The notes beneath the pieces were generated by a model. That model made no database searches. It had not been told where the DNA came from and was given only the letters and a program-made list of their open reading frames with translations. A DNA stretch of 64,000 nt from Tubiluchus corallicola (taxonomy: Eukaryota; Animalia; Priapulida), in contig JAQGDQ010000331.1 of assembly GCA_030141605.1 (NCBI GenBank), positions 199,279 through 263,278 of the forward strand. The letters are read 5' to 3'. This document shows positions 12,330-41,766 of this stretch, in pieces; within the stretch, counting starts at the first letter, position 1; each line of letters opens with the position of its first letter. The position numbers and the translations under genes are program-made.

Positions 12330-12510
12330 ATAAAGGAGATCTTTGTAGGATTGCCCTTAGAAAATGACAGCATTCTACACGTTTCCGGTTTGAGTTTTAA
12401 TCTAAAGCTTTTTATTCTCTCTTCGATTTTAATCATTAATTTTTGATGTTCGATTTCATGGTTTGAAATGAGGCAGAAGTCATCTTCAAAAGAAAGCTTC
12501 CTATTGTAGA
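12330..12510 (-). pseudogene. Non-LTR reverse transcriptase relic (R2/NeSL/Hero-like, RLE group)
   Basis: LSFEDDFCLISNH..HQKLMIKIEERIKSFRLKLKPETCRMLSFSKG resembles the FADD..GLKLKPxKCxxLSIxKG segment of RLE-type RTs. Confidence 0.5.
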
Positions 12511-13149
12511 ATTTTAAACAAAACATAGCCATGCCGTGCTTTTCAAGAAACTGTATGACTGTATTAAAACATAAGATAAAAATGATAGGTCAGGCCTGTC
12601 TGGTTCAGGCATGATATACGCCTATTTGAAATGAAATACATAGTTCTTTAGTTGCAAATAGTGAGATAATTAAAATTATATTCTAAGACAATACACAATT
12701 ATATGCAAACAGTCACATTTATTACTTATTTATTTATATGTTTGTCTATAATTATATACCTGATTAAATCCCAAGAATAGTCCATCCATATACTTTCCGA
12801 AACCAGTTAAATCACAGACACAATCGTGATAACGTAGAATTAAACTGAAAATTTGATTACAACTAAAATGCGGGGAAAAAACGCTGAATTTATCTGTCAA
12901 TCATCATGGTCGTTCCACCTAAGATTCAAAAAAGCAAAGCCACTTCGAGGTTTCTGCAAAAAGAGTTGCCAAAAACTGATAACACATTTAAACATTTAAC
13001 AGCATTTACCAATTTTTACTGTATTTTACAAACCGCAAAAACAATGCGTTCTTCTCTGACGCAGCAGACTATAATTGTTACAACCCACAATGCTTTGTGC
13101 AAAATTAGGACATTTTCTTAAAAACCAAACGATTTCAATTCAAACTTAC

Positions 13150-13320
13150 AGGCGTTTACGGTTTTACTAAAAAATAGTTATTTTTAATATAAAGTAATAA
13201 AAAGAATATTAAAATGTAGGTAAAAAACAAATTCACCAAATCAGTCAAATCACGCTAATAAACGACTCTGCGGGATAACACGAGATCCATCATGTCCACT
13301 ACCATGATTCAGTTGTAAAT
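13150..13320 (-). promoter_or_regulatory. Candidate 5' non-coding exon/promoter of the orphan gene
   Basis: CpG-containing patch with a strong minus-strand donor CCT|GTAAGTTTG at 13149. The orphan ATG exon has an acceptor at 7616-7617, implying an upstream UTR exon. Confidence 0.3.
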
Positions 13321-13954
13321 TTGTAACTAATACAGCATTAAAAGGTAAATTATTTGTAAAGTTATGTATGTGTAAAAGTACATTTATGTTTGTGTGGAGA
13401 CGATAAGCCCAAAAGTAATTCAGATGCAAATGGCTAATTAGGTTTTGATTTGTTTAGGTGAATCTAAATTTAAAGGCACAATGAGAGAAGTACTGCCTAC
13501 TGGTAGTGTAGTACTACTAGTAGTAAAATAATATTTTTTGTCAAAATGTTACACAAGATTACATTAGACGATGGCTGTTTTCCGACAGATAAAAAATAAA
13601 ACGAAATAAAAAATTCTGCATTGCACACAATGTACGAGCGAAGTAGGAAAGCTTGAATTGTGTTTAATAATATTGTCGTGTTTAAATCAGTGGACTAGCT
13701 TCTTCGATGATCCTACTTTGCCTGGTATCGATCTACTTTATCTTGACTTCAAAAAGGCATTTGATTCTGTCCCCCGTCTCTTACTTAAAATGGAATATTC
13801 TAGTATAAGAGGTAAGCTTGTTAAGTGGTTCAGTTACTTTCTTACCCACCCGTTTCCAACGTGTTGTACTTCCACTGAGTGGTGCCCCGTTGTATCCCCC
13901 AAGGAACCTTGAGGTGGCCCATACTGCTTTCTTATTTCTATTAGTGATATCTCT

Positions 13955-15569
13955 ATAATCCATCATCCACCTCTATAAGCGGAAAGGAAACAGACAGCAG
14001 TGCGACAATCACAGGGGCATCTCACTCCTATCGATTGCTGGCAAAATCCTGGCAAGAATTCTTCTAGATCGTCTCAACACACACCTAGAGAAAGATCTTC
14101 TACCTGAAAGTCAGTGTGGATTTAGACAGGGACGCAGCACAGTTGATATGATCTTTGCAGTGCGGCAGCTGCAAGAAAAATCCAGAGAACAACATGTCAA
14201 CCTACTGACAACCTTCGTTGACCTCACTAAGGCCTTCGACACCGTGTCTCGCGAAGGACTCTGGAAAATCATGGCTAAATTTGGATGCCCTGACAAGTTT
14301 ATAAAGCTGATCAGAGAATTCCATGATGGTATGCAAGCGACAGTTCAGGACAACGGGAAATATTCAGACCCATTCGCAGTCTCCAACGGCGTAAAACAGG
14401 GCTGTGTGCTGGCACCGACTCTCTTCAGCATGATGTTCTCCGCAATGCTCACCGATGCATACAGAGACAGGAATGTCGGTATTGACATCCGTTACAGGAC
14501 AGATGGAAAACTTTTCAATCTTCGCAGACTGCAGGCCAAGACCAAAGTCAAAGAAGACACCATCCGTGACCTCTTATTTGCAGACGACTGCGCTCTCAAT
14601 GCCACCTCAGAGCAAGACATGCAGGAAAGTGTTAACCTCTTTGCACAGGCATGCGATGATTTTGGCCTCACTATTAACACAAAAAAGACAGAGGTCCTAC
14701 TTCAGCCTGCCCCTGACAGCACATATGTAGAACCAACCATCACTATCAAAAATGAGAAACTGACGGCAGCCAACAAGTTCGTTTACTTGGGTAGCACCCT
14801 ATCAAGATCAGCTACCATTGATGATGAAGCAGCCTTCAGAATATCAAGAGCCAGTGCAGCCTTTGGAAACCTAAGAACAACATGCTGGGAAAGACGAGGC
14901 ATCAAGCTGTCAACTAAACTCAAGGTCTACCATGCTGTAGTCATTCCATCTCTGCTGTATGCCTGCGAGTCGTGGACAGTCTATAGTCGCCATGCCAGAC
15001 AACTAAACTCCTTCCACCTGCGTTGTCTAAGACGACTCCTCAAGATCAGCTGGCAGGACTACATACCAGACACTGAAGTCCTCGAGAGAGCACAATCCAT
15101 CAGTGTTCATGCAATGCTTAAGGCAGCACAACTGAAATGGGCTGGTCATGTTCGACGTATGGAAGATCACAGACTGCCAAAGAGACTCATGTACTGCGAG
15201 CTGAAAGAAGGGCAACGGTCAGTTGGAGGGCAACGGAAAAGATACAAAGACACCCTCAAAGCCAGCCTGAAAGAATGCAACATCAATGTCGACTCCTGGG
15301 AAGATGTGGCACAGGAGAGATCACGTTGGCGGTCCCTCATCAAATCGGGAGTGAGCAACTATGAGTCCAGACGCATCCAAGTTAGGCAGGAGAAAAGACA
15401 GCTTCGAAAAGACAGACAACGCAATGCCTATCAAGATACACCATTCTCATGTCCTCACTGCAGGAGGAGGTTCTCAGCAAAAATCAGGCTTATAAGCCAC
15501 CTCCGTACCCATCCTATGGTGTCAGAATGAAGTCATGGTCCTCTTCGACTATGAAGGACGAACTACTAC
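13955..15569 (+). mobile_element. RTE-clade (BovB-like) non-LTR retrotransposon, 5'-truncated, recent insertion
   Basis: Stop-free frame from 13959 (SIIHLYKRKGNRQQCDNHRGISLLS..LPESQCGFR..) to 15530. RT motifs FVDLTKAFD, GVKQGCVLAP, LFADD and FVYLGS; C-terminal C2H2 finger CPHC..HLRTH. Short 3'UTR ending in an (ACT)3 tail. Perfect 13-bp TSD TAGTGATATCTCT at 13942-13954 and 15570-15582. Confidence 0.95.
14148..15530 (+). CDS. Reverse transcriptase ORF fragment of the RTE element (endonuclease domain missing)
   Basis: 460-aa ORF with non-LTR RT motifs. The open frame extends upstream without an ATG to the truncation point at 13959. Confidence 0.9.
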   Translation: MIFAVRQLQEKSREQHVNLLTTFVDLTKAFDTVSREGLWKIMAKFGCPDKFIKLIREFHDGMQATVQDNGKYSDPFAVSNGVKQGCVLAPTLFSMMFSAMLTDAYRDRNVGIDIRYRTDGKLFNLRRLQAKTKVKEDTIRDLLFADDCALNATSEQDMQESVNLFAQACDDFGLTINTKKTEVLLQPAPDSTYVEPTITIKNEKLTAANKFVYLGSTLSRSATIDDEAAFRISRASAAFGNLRTTCWERRGIKLSTKLKVYHAVVIPSLLYACESWTVYSRHARQLNSFHLRCLRRLLKISWQDYIPDTEVLERAQSISVHAMLKAAQLKWAGHVRRMEDHRLPKRLMYCELKEGQRSVGGQRKRYKDTLKASLKECNINVDSWEDVAQERSRWRSLIKSGVSNYESRRIQVRQEKRQLRKDRQRNAYQDTPFSCPHCRRRFSAKIRLISHLRTHPMVSE

Positions 15570-16749
15570 TAGTGATATCTCTGACTGTATTTCCCCGGGG
15601 TATAGCATCCCGTTATTTCTTGATGATTTAAGGACCCTTCATCCAATTTGTGTCGATCTTGATCGTTATATTTTACAACATGATTTGTTGACTAGTGCAG
15701 TAATGGTTGATGGCCCTGAATGGGTTATCAGTAAATGTACTTTACTTAGAATACGCCCTAAATCTGTTGCACCTTACTTTCTAAATAATGCTAGAATAGC
15801 TGAAAAAAGTTTTATTAAAAGCTGCCTTAGGAGTAATGATTTCTAATGACCTCAAATGGAATTTCCATGTGAATCATATCACTGCAATAGCAAACTGTCG
15901 TATTGGCATGGCTAAGCGCCAGGTGATATCGACAAATGCAGCAGCAATTATTCCTCTCTATAAAGCTGTTGTTGAACCCATTCTGGAACACGCGTCAATT
16001 TTTTGGTCACCCCAGTATACTACTCTCAAGAATGCTCTCGAAAGAATTCAGGATAGATGTACTTGTCTTGCTATTAATTTGGATCCCACTTAGATTTCTA
16101 CTTGTGAGCAAAGGTGCGAGACTGTAGACCTTGTGAACTGTTTCAAAATAATTAGTGGAAACGCTGTTCTGACAGAAACAGACTTTTTTCCGAACCATGA
16201 GTTCTTCATGGTCATGTGCCTGACAGTAAAAATACTTTTTTTCCTATCTAATCTCCTGGGTAATGTTTTTTCATCATTACCGGGAATTTTATCATTTTTT
16301 CTGTACGTTCATATACTTACTTGATGCCGTCATATAAAAGCGTATTTTTTTAGTTTGAAACATATTGTATTATAGCATTATTCTTTCGGGAAACACAGGA
16401 CGCAGGCCATGTTTTTCCATGGCTAGCTCTCGACCAGGGTTGCCATTTTGTATGATGCTGATTGTATTGGAGGCTACAAGGCATTGAACGTTCTTAATGG
16501 TCGCGTAGTGTTGCTGTTTATACCATAATTATCAGAACATACATGTTCATGATACAAACAAGAGACTACACAATAATCAATAATTATATGATAATTTAGT
16601 AATGCAAAACTAAAAAACAAAGCGTGAAAACTTGTGCATTGAAAAAAAATTAAAATTTTACTGCTAACCAGTGGGAAATAAACAAACATTGATTTCACCT
16701 GATTTTAAATATTCCACGATTCAGTTTTAAACATTCACAAAACTTTAAA

Positions 16750-17100
16750 AAAAATTTCCTCCTTCCCTACTGACATCTTCTGAGCTTTTTTTGTGGCTGG
16801 CGGGAGTATAAGTTATTTGTGCAACTGCCTAAAACCAACATCAGATCGTCCATCTGGGCATCGCATAGTTCAGCCACATAATCATCTTTCACCATCAGCC
16901 ATCAGTGCTTCATCAGTTGGCTGTTTCAAAAGGCATTTGAGAGACGACTGTTTACAGATAGTTTCCATTTAGGTCCTTATTACAGTGTGATAATCAATGT
17001 TTTCCCAAACATGCCACGCATTTTCATAATTGTCCTACCATGATTGCAGCAAAACTGGTGATGTGTTTAGTACTTTTTAGAGGAATGACACTCGTTTTTT
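16750..17100 (-). pseudogene. Possible hAT transposase C-terminal (dimerisation domain) relic
   Basis: Frameshifted fragments RGMFGKT, TICKQS and MVKDDYVAELCDAQMDDLM resemble SMFGSTYxCEQxFS..KxxYRSxLxDxHLxD of SPIN/GTF2IRD2-type hAT transposases. Confidence 0.35.
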
Positions 17101-17479
17101 TTTCAGGTAGGTCCTCTTGCTGAACAAAATGATTTATTTCACTATAATCTGCCGAAGTTTTTGCACATTTTGGTACAAAAATCAACTTCTTGTGATACAT
17201 GGTTCCGGTAGGGGTGTGTTGAAGGTGCATTTTGAGCAACCGAACCAAGCCAATTCTTTATGCTTTCCTGCCACTGAACTAAATCTTAACTGAATGATTG
17301 ACCATACTGCCGAACCGAATAACAAACAAAATGTCAAGTTAAAGGGATTCTAAACTGTAATACAACTTGAGATTAACTTACGTGTTATCAAAAGTTTACA
17401 GCATATTGTGACATTGCGCTACGACAGAAGCTATAATACATTGTATTGTTTTTTGCTAAAAAAATAAGAAGTTAACCGA

Positions 17480-17750
17480 GTGGCCATGTTTGCGCACAAA
17501 TTACGTGATCTCGTCCTCACATCCGCGCGTGCTGTATAGGAGTGTTTGTAAACAGCTGATCATAAACACACGCTTTGAGTCATTCGTACACAACAATTTG
17601 ATCAAATTCTTTGCATTTTCTGTTTGGCTTACAGCACTAAATTATCCGTTGTTTGTAATTTATAATATAGTCTCGGCCTCGAAATAGTTACGAGTTCGAT
17701 TCAGTAGTTAACTATGTGTATACTGTAGGCCTGTAGAACTATCGTGTAAG
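17480..17750 (+). promoter_or_regulatory. Candidate CUL2 promoter / non-coding first exon
   Basis: Locally CpG-rich patch ending at the donor-like CGT|GTAAGC (17746). The ATG exon is preceded by a strong acceptor (T-run then AG at 23112-13 or 23121-22), so an upstream UTR exon should exist. Its location here is inference. Confidence 0.3.
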
Positions 17751-20358
17751 CGCAAGGCTAGTTAACGTTTACACTCCGTTTCTGTAGTTTTTTTTTGTAA
17801 ACAGAGCGTGTATTACATTTACTGTTATTGCAACTTGCAATTTACTTTGCTAGTGTAGGAAAGGCACCTCATTATCATAGGAGTCTGCAATGCTACCTGT
17901 CACACAATCAGGTCCATCTAAATTGTCCAAGCTACATGAACTGTCTTAGACACAGAAATATATCTGTTGGCAGTCTGCCATCCTCCAAGCTTCAAATTTC
18001 TAGCAACTAGACATTAACTTATAACATACTATATCATAATATCAAGTTTAGAGTTCTCTGAATGAAAAATGTATCAATACTTAAACCAGCTGATAAAAGC
18101 AGCTGCATGCACGATCAAACTCCAAAGTTTGGATGAATTTTCACTTAATTAATTGACTGATCATTTATTAGCAGCCTGGTACGTTTGCTTAGTAACTTAT
18201 AGTTCATGTAAAAACAACACAGACATTGTGACAGGGGAGGCAGAGGGGCAATTTCCATCTTTGCATTTCTGTAAGGGTGCCAAATTAGGAAGAAATAAAG
18301 AAGGGACAAAAAAAAGAAAAACCATACTTAAAATGCGAATTATTTTTAGCTATTTGCACTGTCTTTACTTGTGATTCTGTAACGTAGATTCTATGGTTTG
18401 TTTCATTTTAAGCCACCTCTAAAATACCTTAAGTGCAGGAAAAATCACAACCAGGCACCCTAAGTGGAAGTTTGGGGAAGGGAGGTAAGGTGCGCGAAGC
18501 TGAAAAATTGTTGATGAAATTGCTTTAACAAGACATGGAAAATGTTCTGAACTTACGTTGTTTTACACTTTAACCAAACCGAATCCGAATTTTCGCTAAA
18601 ACTAGCCTAATTTTCTTGTAATTCCAATCGAAAAGAATTACAAACTCTGTAAGGTTTTATCGTTTTAAGTTAATGGTGATTGGTGAGCTATGTAAAATTC
18701 TTCTGATTACTAAATCTGCAGAAGCAAATCCAGAAGGGAGTCCAGACCCCTCCCTTTTGACGAAGAAAAATTAAGTATAAAGTCCAATTTGCAGTGCAAA
18801 GATACTGCAACCCTAGATTACAGCTTTGCAAAATGAGAAGCCTGCATACTCGATCGACCACTGCATTGTCTGGTTGTCTGCTAAAACACATCTATCTAGA
18901 CGTTTGTTGCACTGAGTTTCATTACAGCCAGTGATTGACTGTTAGAAATTAAATAATCAACAGTTATAGATCTATAATAACTTAAGTTATTCCAGGCATG
19001 TGCTAAATTTACATTACAGGTCCATGTGTGTTTGCAGTTAAAGGTATTAATGAATTGGTGCCTAGTACCAGTAATTACAATAATTATATTTAATCTTCAT
19101 CTTTTTAGTCTTCATTGCAGAAACCTTATTTGAAATCATAGGGAAAAAACAAGAATATAACAATGTACAGAAATAATATCTTCATTTAAAAACATTTGCA
19201 TTTTTTATTCTCTAAATTGTATGATAAGCAGTCATTGTACTTTTGATAATCAGCAAGGCACAAAACTTGTGGACTAATAAATTTACCCTGAAATGACATC
19301 TGACTAGAAAGCTAATGACAGCAATAGTGCAGAGACAAGAAGACAATGATAAAGGAATATAGACGGCATATAAAGAATATTTATGTCGTTTATTCTTATT
19401 TGTTACACAAGGTAGTAGCAGTTCATGTTATTATAACAACAAACTAAAACACAAATGTCCAAAAAATGTCATCATTTCAAGTGTGCTTCAGAAGGCTTAA
19501 CAATGGACAACAGTGCAGAAAAATACATTTCCCCCAGACATCCTAACTGAGGGGCCCGGGGCAGGTTCCCCGTGCTCCCATCTGCCTTTCTGCTTGGTCA
19601 CATTTGGACCCCTCCCTTTCAGAAGTCTTGGATCTGTGTTTGAATTTAATGGTTAATGTTAGTTAGTAAAGTGCTGCATATTTTAAAAGCAGTCCTTATT
19701 CATTCAAATACTGTTAAAGCTATTTTGTATAATCAATCATGACAGTATTTAAGCAAAACTGCTACACTATAATTGTTTACTTGCTCGAGTTTTCATATAT
19801 TTATTTCGTTGAGTGTAAGCAAATATAACGCTACTGCGCTATTGTGTATTAAGCTGGCTTGTGTACCAGTGGTGCATCTCATTCCTCGAGTTATCATACA
19901 GAAATAGAAAGCAAGATGTTAGCTGTTGTGCCATGTTCGCTATTTACTATAAGCTTTCTTTGGATAAAATTTCATAAGTATTATAGGGAAATATTTGGTT
20001 TGTTTAATATAATTTTCACCGAATGTGACAATTATTAAAAAAGTAACTTCGGTATACCAAAGTTTTACTGAGCACATTTTTATATTTATATTCCGGGAAA
20101 AAATTTGGTGATCGAAATATTCGATGCATCCCTAGGTTCCGTAATGAAGTGCAATTCAACCCGGCACACAGATTGATAGGAAATACACTATACAGTCATA
20201 AAAACATAATTGTATCAAGTTAGTAGCTAATGAGTTTAAGTCTAGGCTTATTAATTTGTAAAGTGTGCTATCTATAATGGAGTATTCTAATGGACTGTAC
20301 ATTACATAATAATAAATGAATTCAAGTTAATTTAGGTCAGACTGTAATTATATTATTA

Positions 20359-22100
20359 CTAGCCAAACCCCGCAAAAACAATTTTGCGCATAAACTCACA
20401 ATAACAACCCGCACCACACCACGCTACCACCCACTACCCCACTGACAACACACCAACCACGTTACACCAACCTGCCGCACCACTCACAATCATCACACCA
20501 CACCATACCGCAAGACAACGCCATACTACACCGCACCACAGCACCCACACCCTACCACCCCACCACATTATCTACAAAACATCACCCACACCACCTAGAC
20601 CACACTATACTAGACCCTCCACTCACCTACACCACTCCATCAACACTGCACACACCTGCCACACTCACCACACCTACCGCAACACATGGTGATCATGATG
20701 TTGATAATGATGATAATGATGATGATGATGACGACATCTACAACACTAACACCAACAGCAGAGCATTATAGTAAAACCATGCAAAACATTTTGTATAAAG
20801 TCGAAACTGTGTGCTGTAACAAATGCCTTAGTCTGTCTACTAATGATCGATAATGCGCGGACATTCTACATAGTTTTGGTTGCTGTTTTTCAGATGTCAG
20901 TAGGCTAACAGAACTTACTTACATGTAAAATCTATAAACTGTAGAACGATTGGAACAGCCACATAATAGTGTGCAGCACAAGGGGATAGAAAAAGAACTT
21001 TGAAATACACCCACCCGTTTCGTCCAGTATACATTTCTCCTAGTGAATTCACCATTGAAGACTGTTTCGCCCTCTTTCTGCGAGTGTGTTTATTTTTCCC
21101 AACATGCTCAAATAGTGCCCGAAAAGTGCCCATAGTGGCTATTAGTGGCCCTTCGGCAAAATCTAAATGTGACTATAATACCCATCGCTGAATGGGTTAT
21201 CTAACCATTACTGGCACTGTCCCCGGCACGTTCCCTTTCTCTAGAAAAATGAGGTATAAGTTTTGCACATTTTTGCGAAAAACCGTCAAAAAAGGACGTT
21301 TTTGGGTTGTTTTTCTCCTCCTGGTCCTCCCTGTCGAGAAATAAGACCCCGGTTGCGAACCTATGGGTGAAGATCTTTCATATGATGTGCAGATCGCCAT
21401 TTTGTTTCTTTAATAACTCGCACACGCACAGGGCTAGGGTCACGAAACTCACAGGGCACACTCCGCGGGTAGGGGGATTTATGTCAGTACGTAACCCGTC
21501 ACCACCAGGTCACAGAGTGGGCAGGGTTTTTGTTTTTTCGTTGGGCTGCATCTCAATTTTTGGTATGCGGCTAGATGGGGCGGAGTTGTTGTGCATGGTT
21601 GAATATGAGCCATTTGTGTATTTGAAAATTTTTTGGTAGGAGGCAAACTCCAAGATCAAGAGGGTCGGTGACACTAATTTCGATGTCGAATAACAGCATT
21701 TTGTGATACGTCAAATGAAAGGTCTGAATGTGACGAATCGGATGGTTTAAGTTTCGCCGATTTCGGTGGATGTTGAACTTCAAGATAGATTACAGGTTAA
21801 AGATAAGAAGGTCCAATTTCAGTGTTGAAACGATCGCAAAACATCGTCGGGAAAAAACATTTATTGGCCATGTTGTGTGAATGTTTAGGGGAGTTTTATA
21901 GCTCTTTGGAAAGAGAAAGAGCTGTTCTACAAGATGATATAAGTTTTTTCTGAAAACACGTAAATGGGCTCGACCGACTAATTCCATGCAAAATTACGAA
22001 AATTTCACATCTTAAACTGGGTCTTCGCGCAACACATCGCACCGCTATTATACCTATTGCAAGCTGCGTGATTACTTGCAAGCTGGGTTGGCGCAATTGA
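20359..22100 (-). mobile_element. Composite Helitron-like element carrying low-complexity cargo
   Basis: The minus-strand 3' end has a 7-bp-stem hairpin (CGCAAAA/TTTTGCG, 20371-20388) followed by CTAG|T (20362-20358), the Helitron signature. Region 21197-21400 is homologous to 1360-1550 and 26615-26680. The upper boundary is approximate. Confidence 0.5.
20395..20735. repeat. C/A-rich low-complexity tract (degenerate CACCA/CACAC units) followed by (GAT)n
   Basis: About 290 bp almost devoid of G and T on +, then a degenerate GAT trinucleotide run at 20691-20735. Confidence 0.85.
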
Positions 22101-23137
22101 GAGAAGACCCATATTTTGCATCTAAAAGCTATGAGTTTGAATCCCCATTAAAGCTTTCTGCCATTACATCTTTTATATCTTTTGTCATTTCACACTGTTT
22201 GGATATTATGCAAAATGCTTCAGTCAGTTTTTGCTAGTTGCTACAAAATTACATTAGTTTGTATTTTTGTTACAATTAGTTTGAATGTGCTAATGTTAAA
22301 ATTCTAGTCAAATTAATTATTCTGCAACTTTCTGGAACTCACTGATACCTATGATAGGAAATACTTGTGTGGTCATGTTGTGTGCTTGATTGCTAAAGAA
22401 AGCAACATAGGACTTAGTTAACAATTAGACTGGTGATTGGCCACCTGTCAAGAAATAATAGTTTGGATTTTACTAAAATGAAATGCAACTCCTAAGTAAT
22501 CATGCATGGTGAATTCAACGGAAGCAATATTATGCCATTACGAGCCTTGACACCTGTGAAAAACTGACAAGTTCCGATTTCATTGAAGCTTTTAATTGTC
22601 AAGCACAACAGTACTTACATACATGATGTTAACTATTTTGAAAAACATTTTTATTTGAAAAACAAAAGCTGTCACATAAAGCATCTCCTATAAGCAAAAT
22701 CTTACCACAGGGTTTGACACAGTCAAAAACGTCCACTAGTTAAATTTATATCTAGGATAAAGATTAGATTCTCGTTAGATCTCTACTGTAACTTGTAAGT
22801 CACGTAGCTAGTGTACTACTGCAGACATTAAATTTGTAATGTTATAGTACAGTCAAATATGAAGCGATATGCTAGTAAAAATATTTCTGTCTGTTTTTAA
22901 GTAGGCTTGTCTTAATTGATAGTCGAATTATAATAAGGCACTCATAGTAAAATCAAGTTGTATATTAATGATCTTGAATTATTCTTGACTGGCTTGTATT
23001 GTACAAAATGCCTTGCCATTATGTTTTACTATTAATTAACAATATTTATTTGTGCATCAAGTAAATTCTTATTGTATTTTGTAACTTGTCACTAATTTTT
23101 TTTTTTTTTTTAGTTTTTGCAGAGCTAGTTGTTTGCA

Positions 23138-41571
<18,434 letters not shown>

Positions 41572-41760
41572 ACGGGTTTTTCCCAACATGCGTGTAAAGT
41601 GTTTGCATGCAGTGAATTTAATTATTTTAATAACATTATTAGTCGGCATCAAATGCTGTTGAAAATATGACTGCAAAATTGTGAAATGTCAAAAGTATGA
41701 AGAGCTGTACGTTGTTATTTTGATACTCGGTGACTATTTATTACATTGATGTATGTTACA

Positions 41761-41766
41761 AATAAA
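41761..41766 (+). terminator. Candidate polyadenylation signal for CUL2
   Basis: AATAAA about 190 nt after the stop codon, followed by T-rich sequence; a second AATAAA lies near 42214. Confidence 0.45.

Larger units (their letters stand above)
13680..16250 (+). mobile_element. Degenerate CR1/L2-group LINE relic, split by the RTE insertion
   Basis: Left half (to 13954): IDLLYLDFKKAFDSVP..IRGKLVKWFSYFLT and a degraded SGVPQG/GP motif. Right half (from 15583): PLFLDDL, LKWNFHVNHITAIAN..LYKAVVEPILEHASIFWSPQY..LERIQDR. Many frameshifts and stops; outer boundaries approximate. Confidence 0.85.

Noticed and set aside
18718-19642. hAT-type MITE ends (CAGAAGCAAATCCAG ... TTGGATCTGTGTTTG)
   Set aside because: Too degenerate and no TSD; cannot show the two ends belong to one element.
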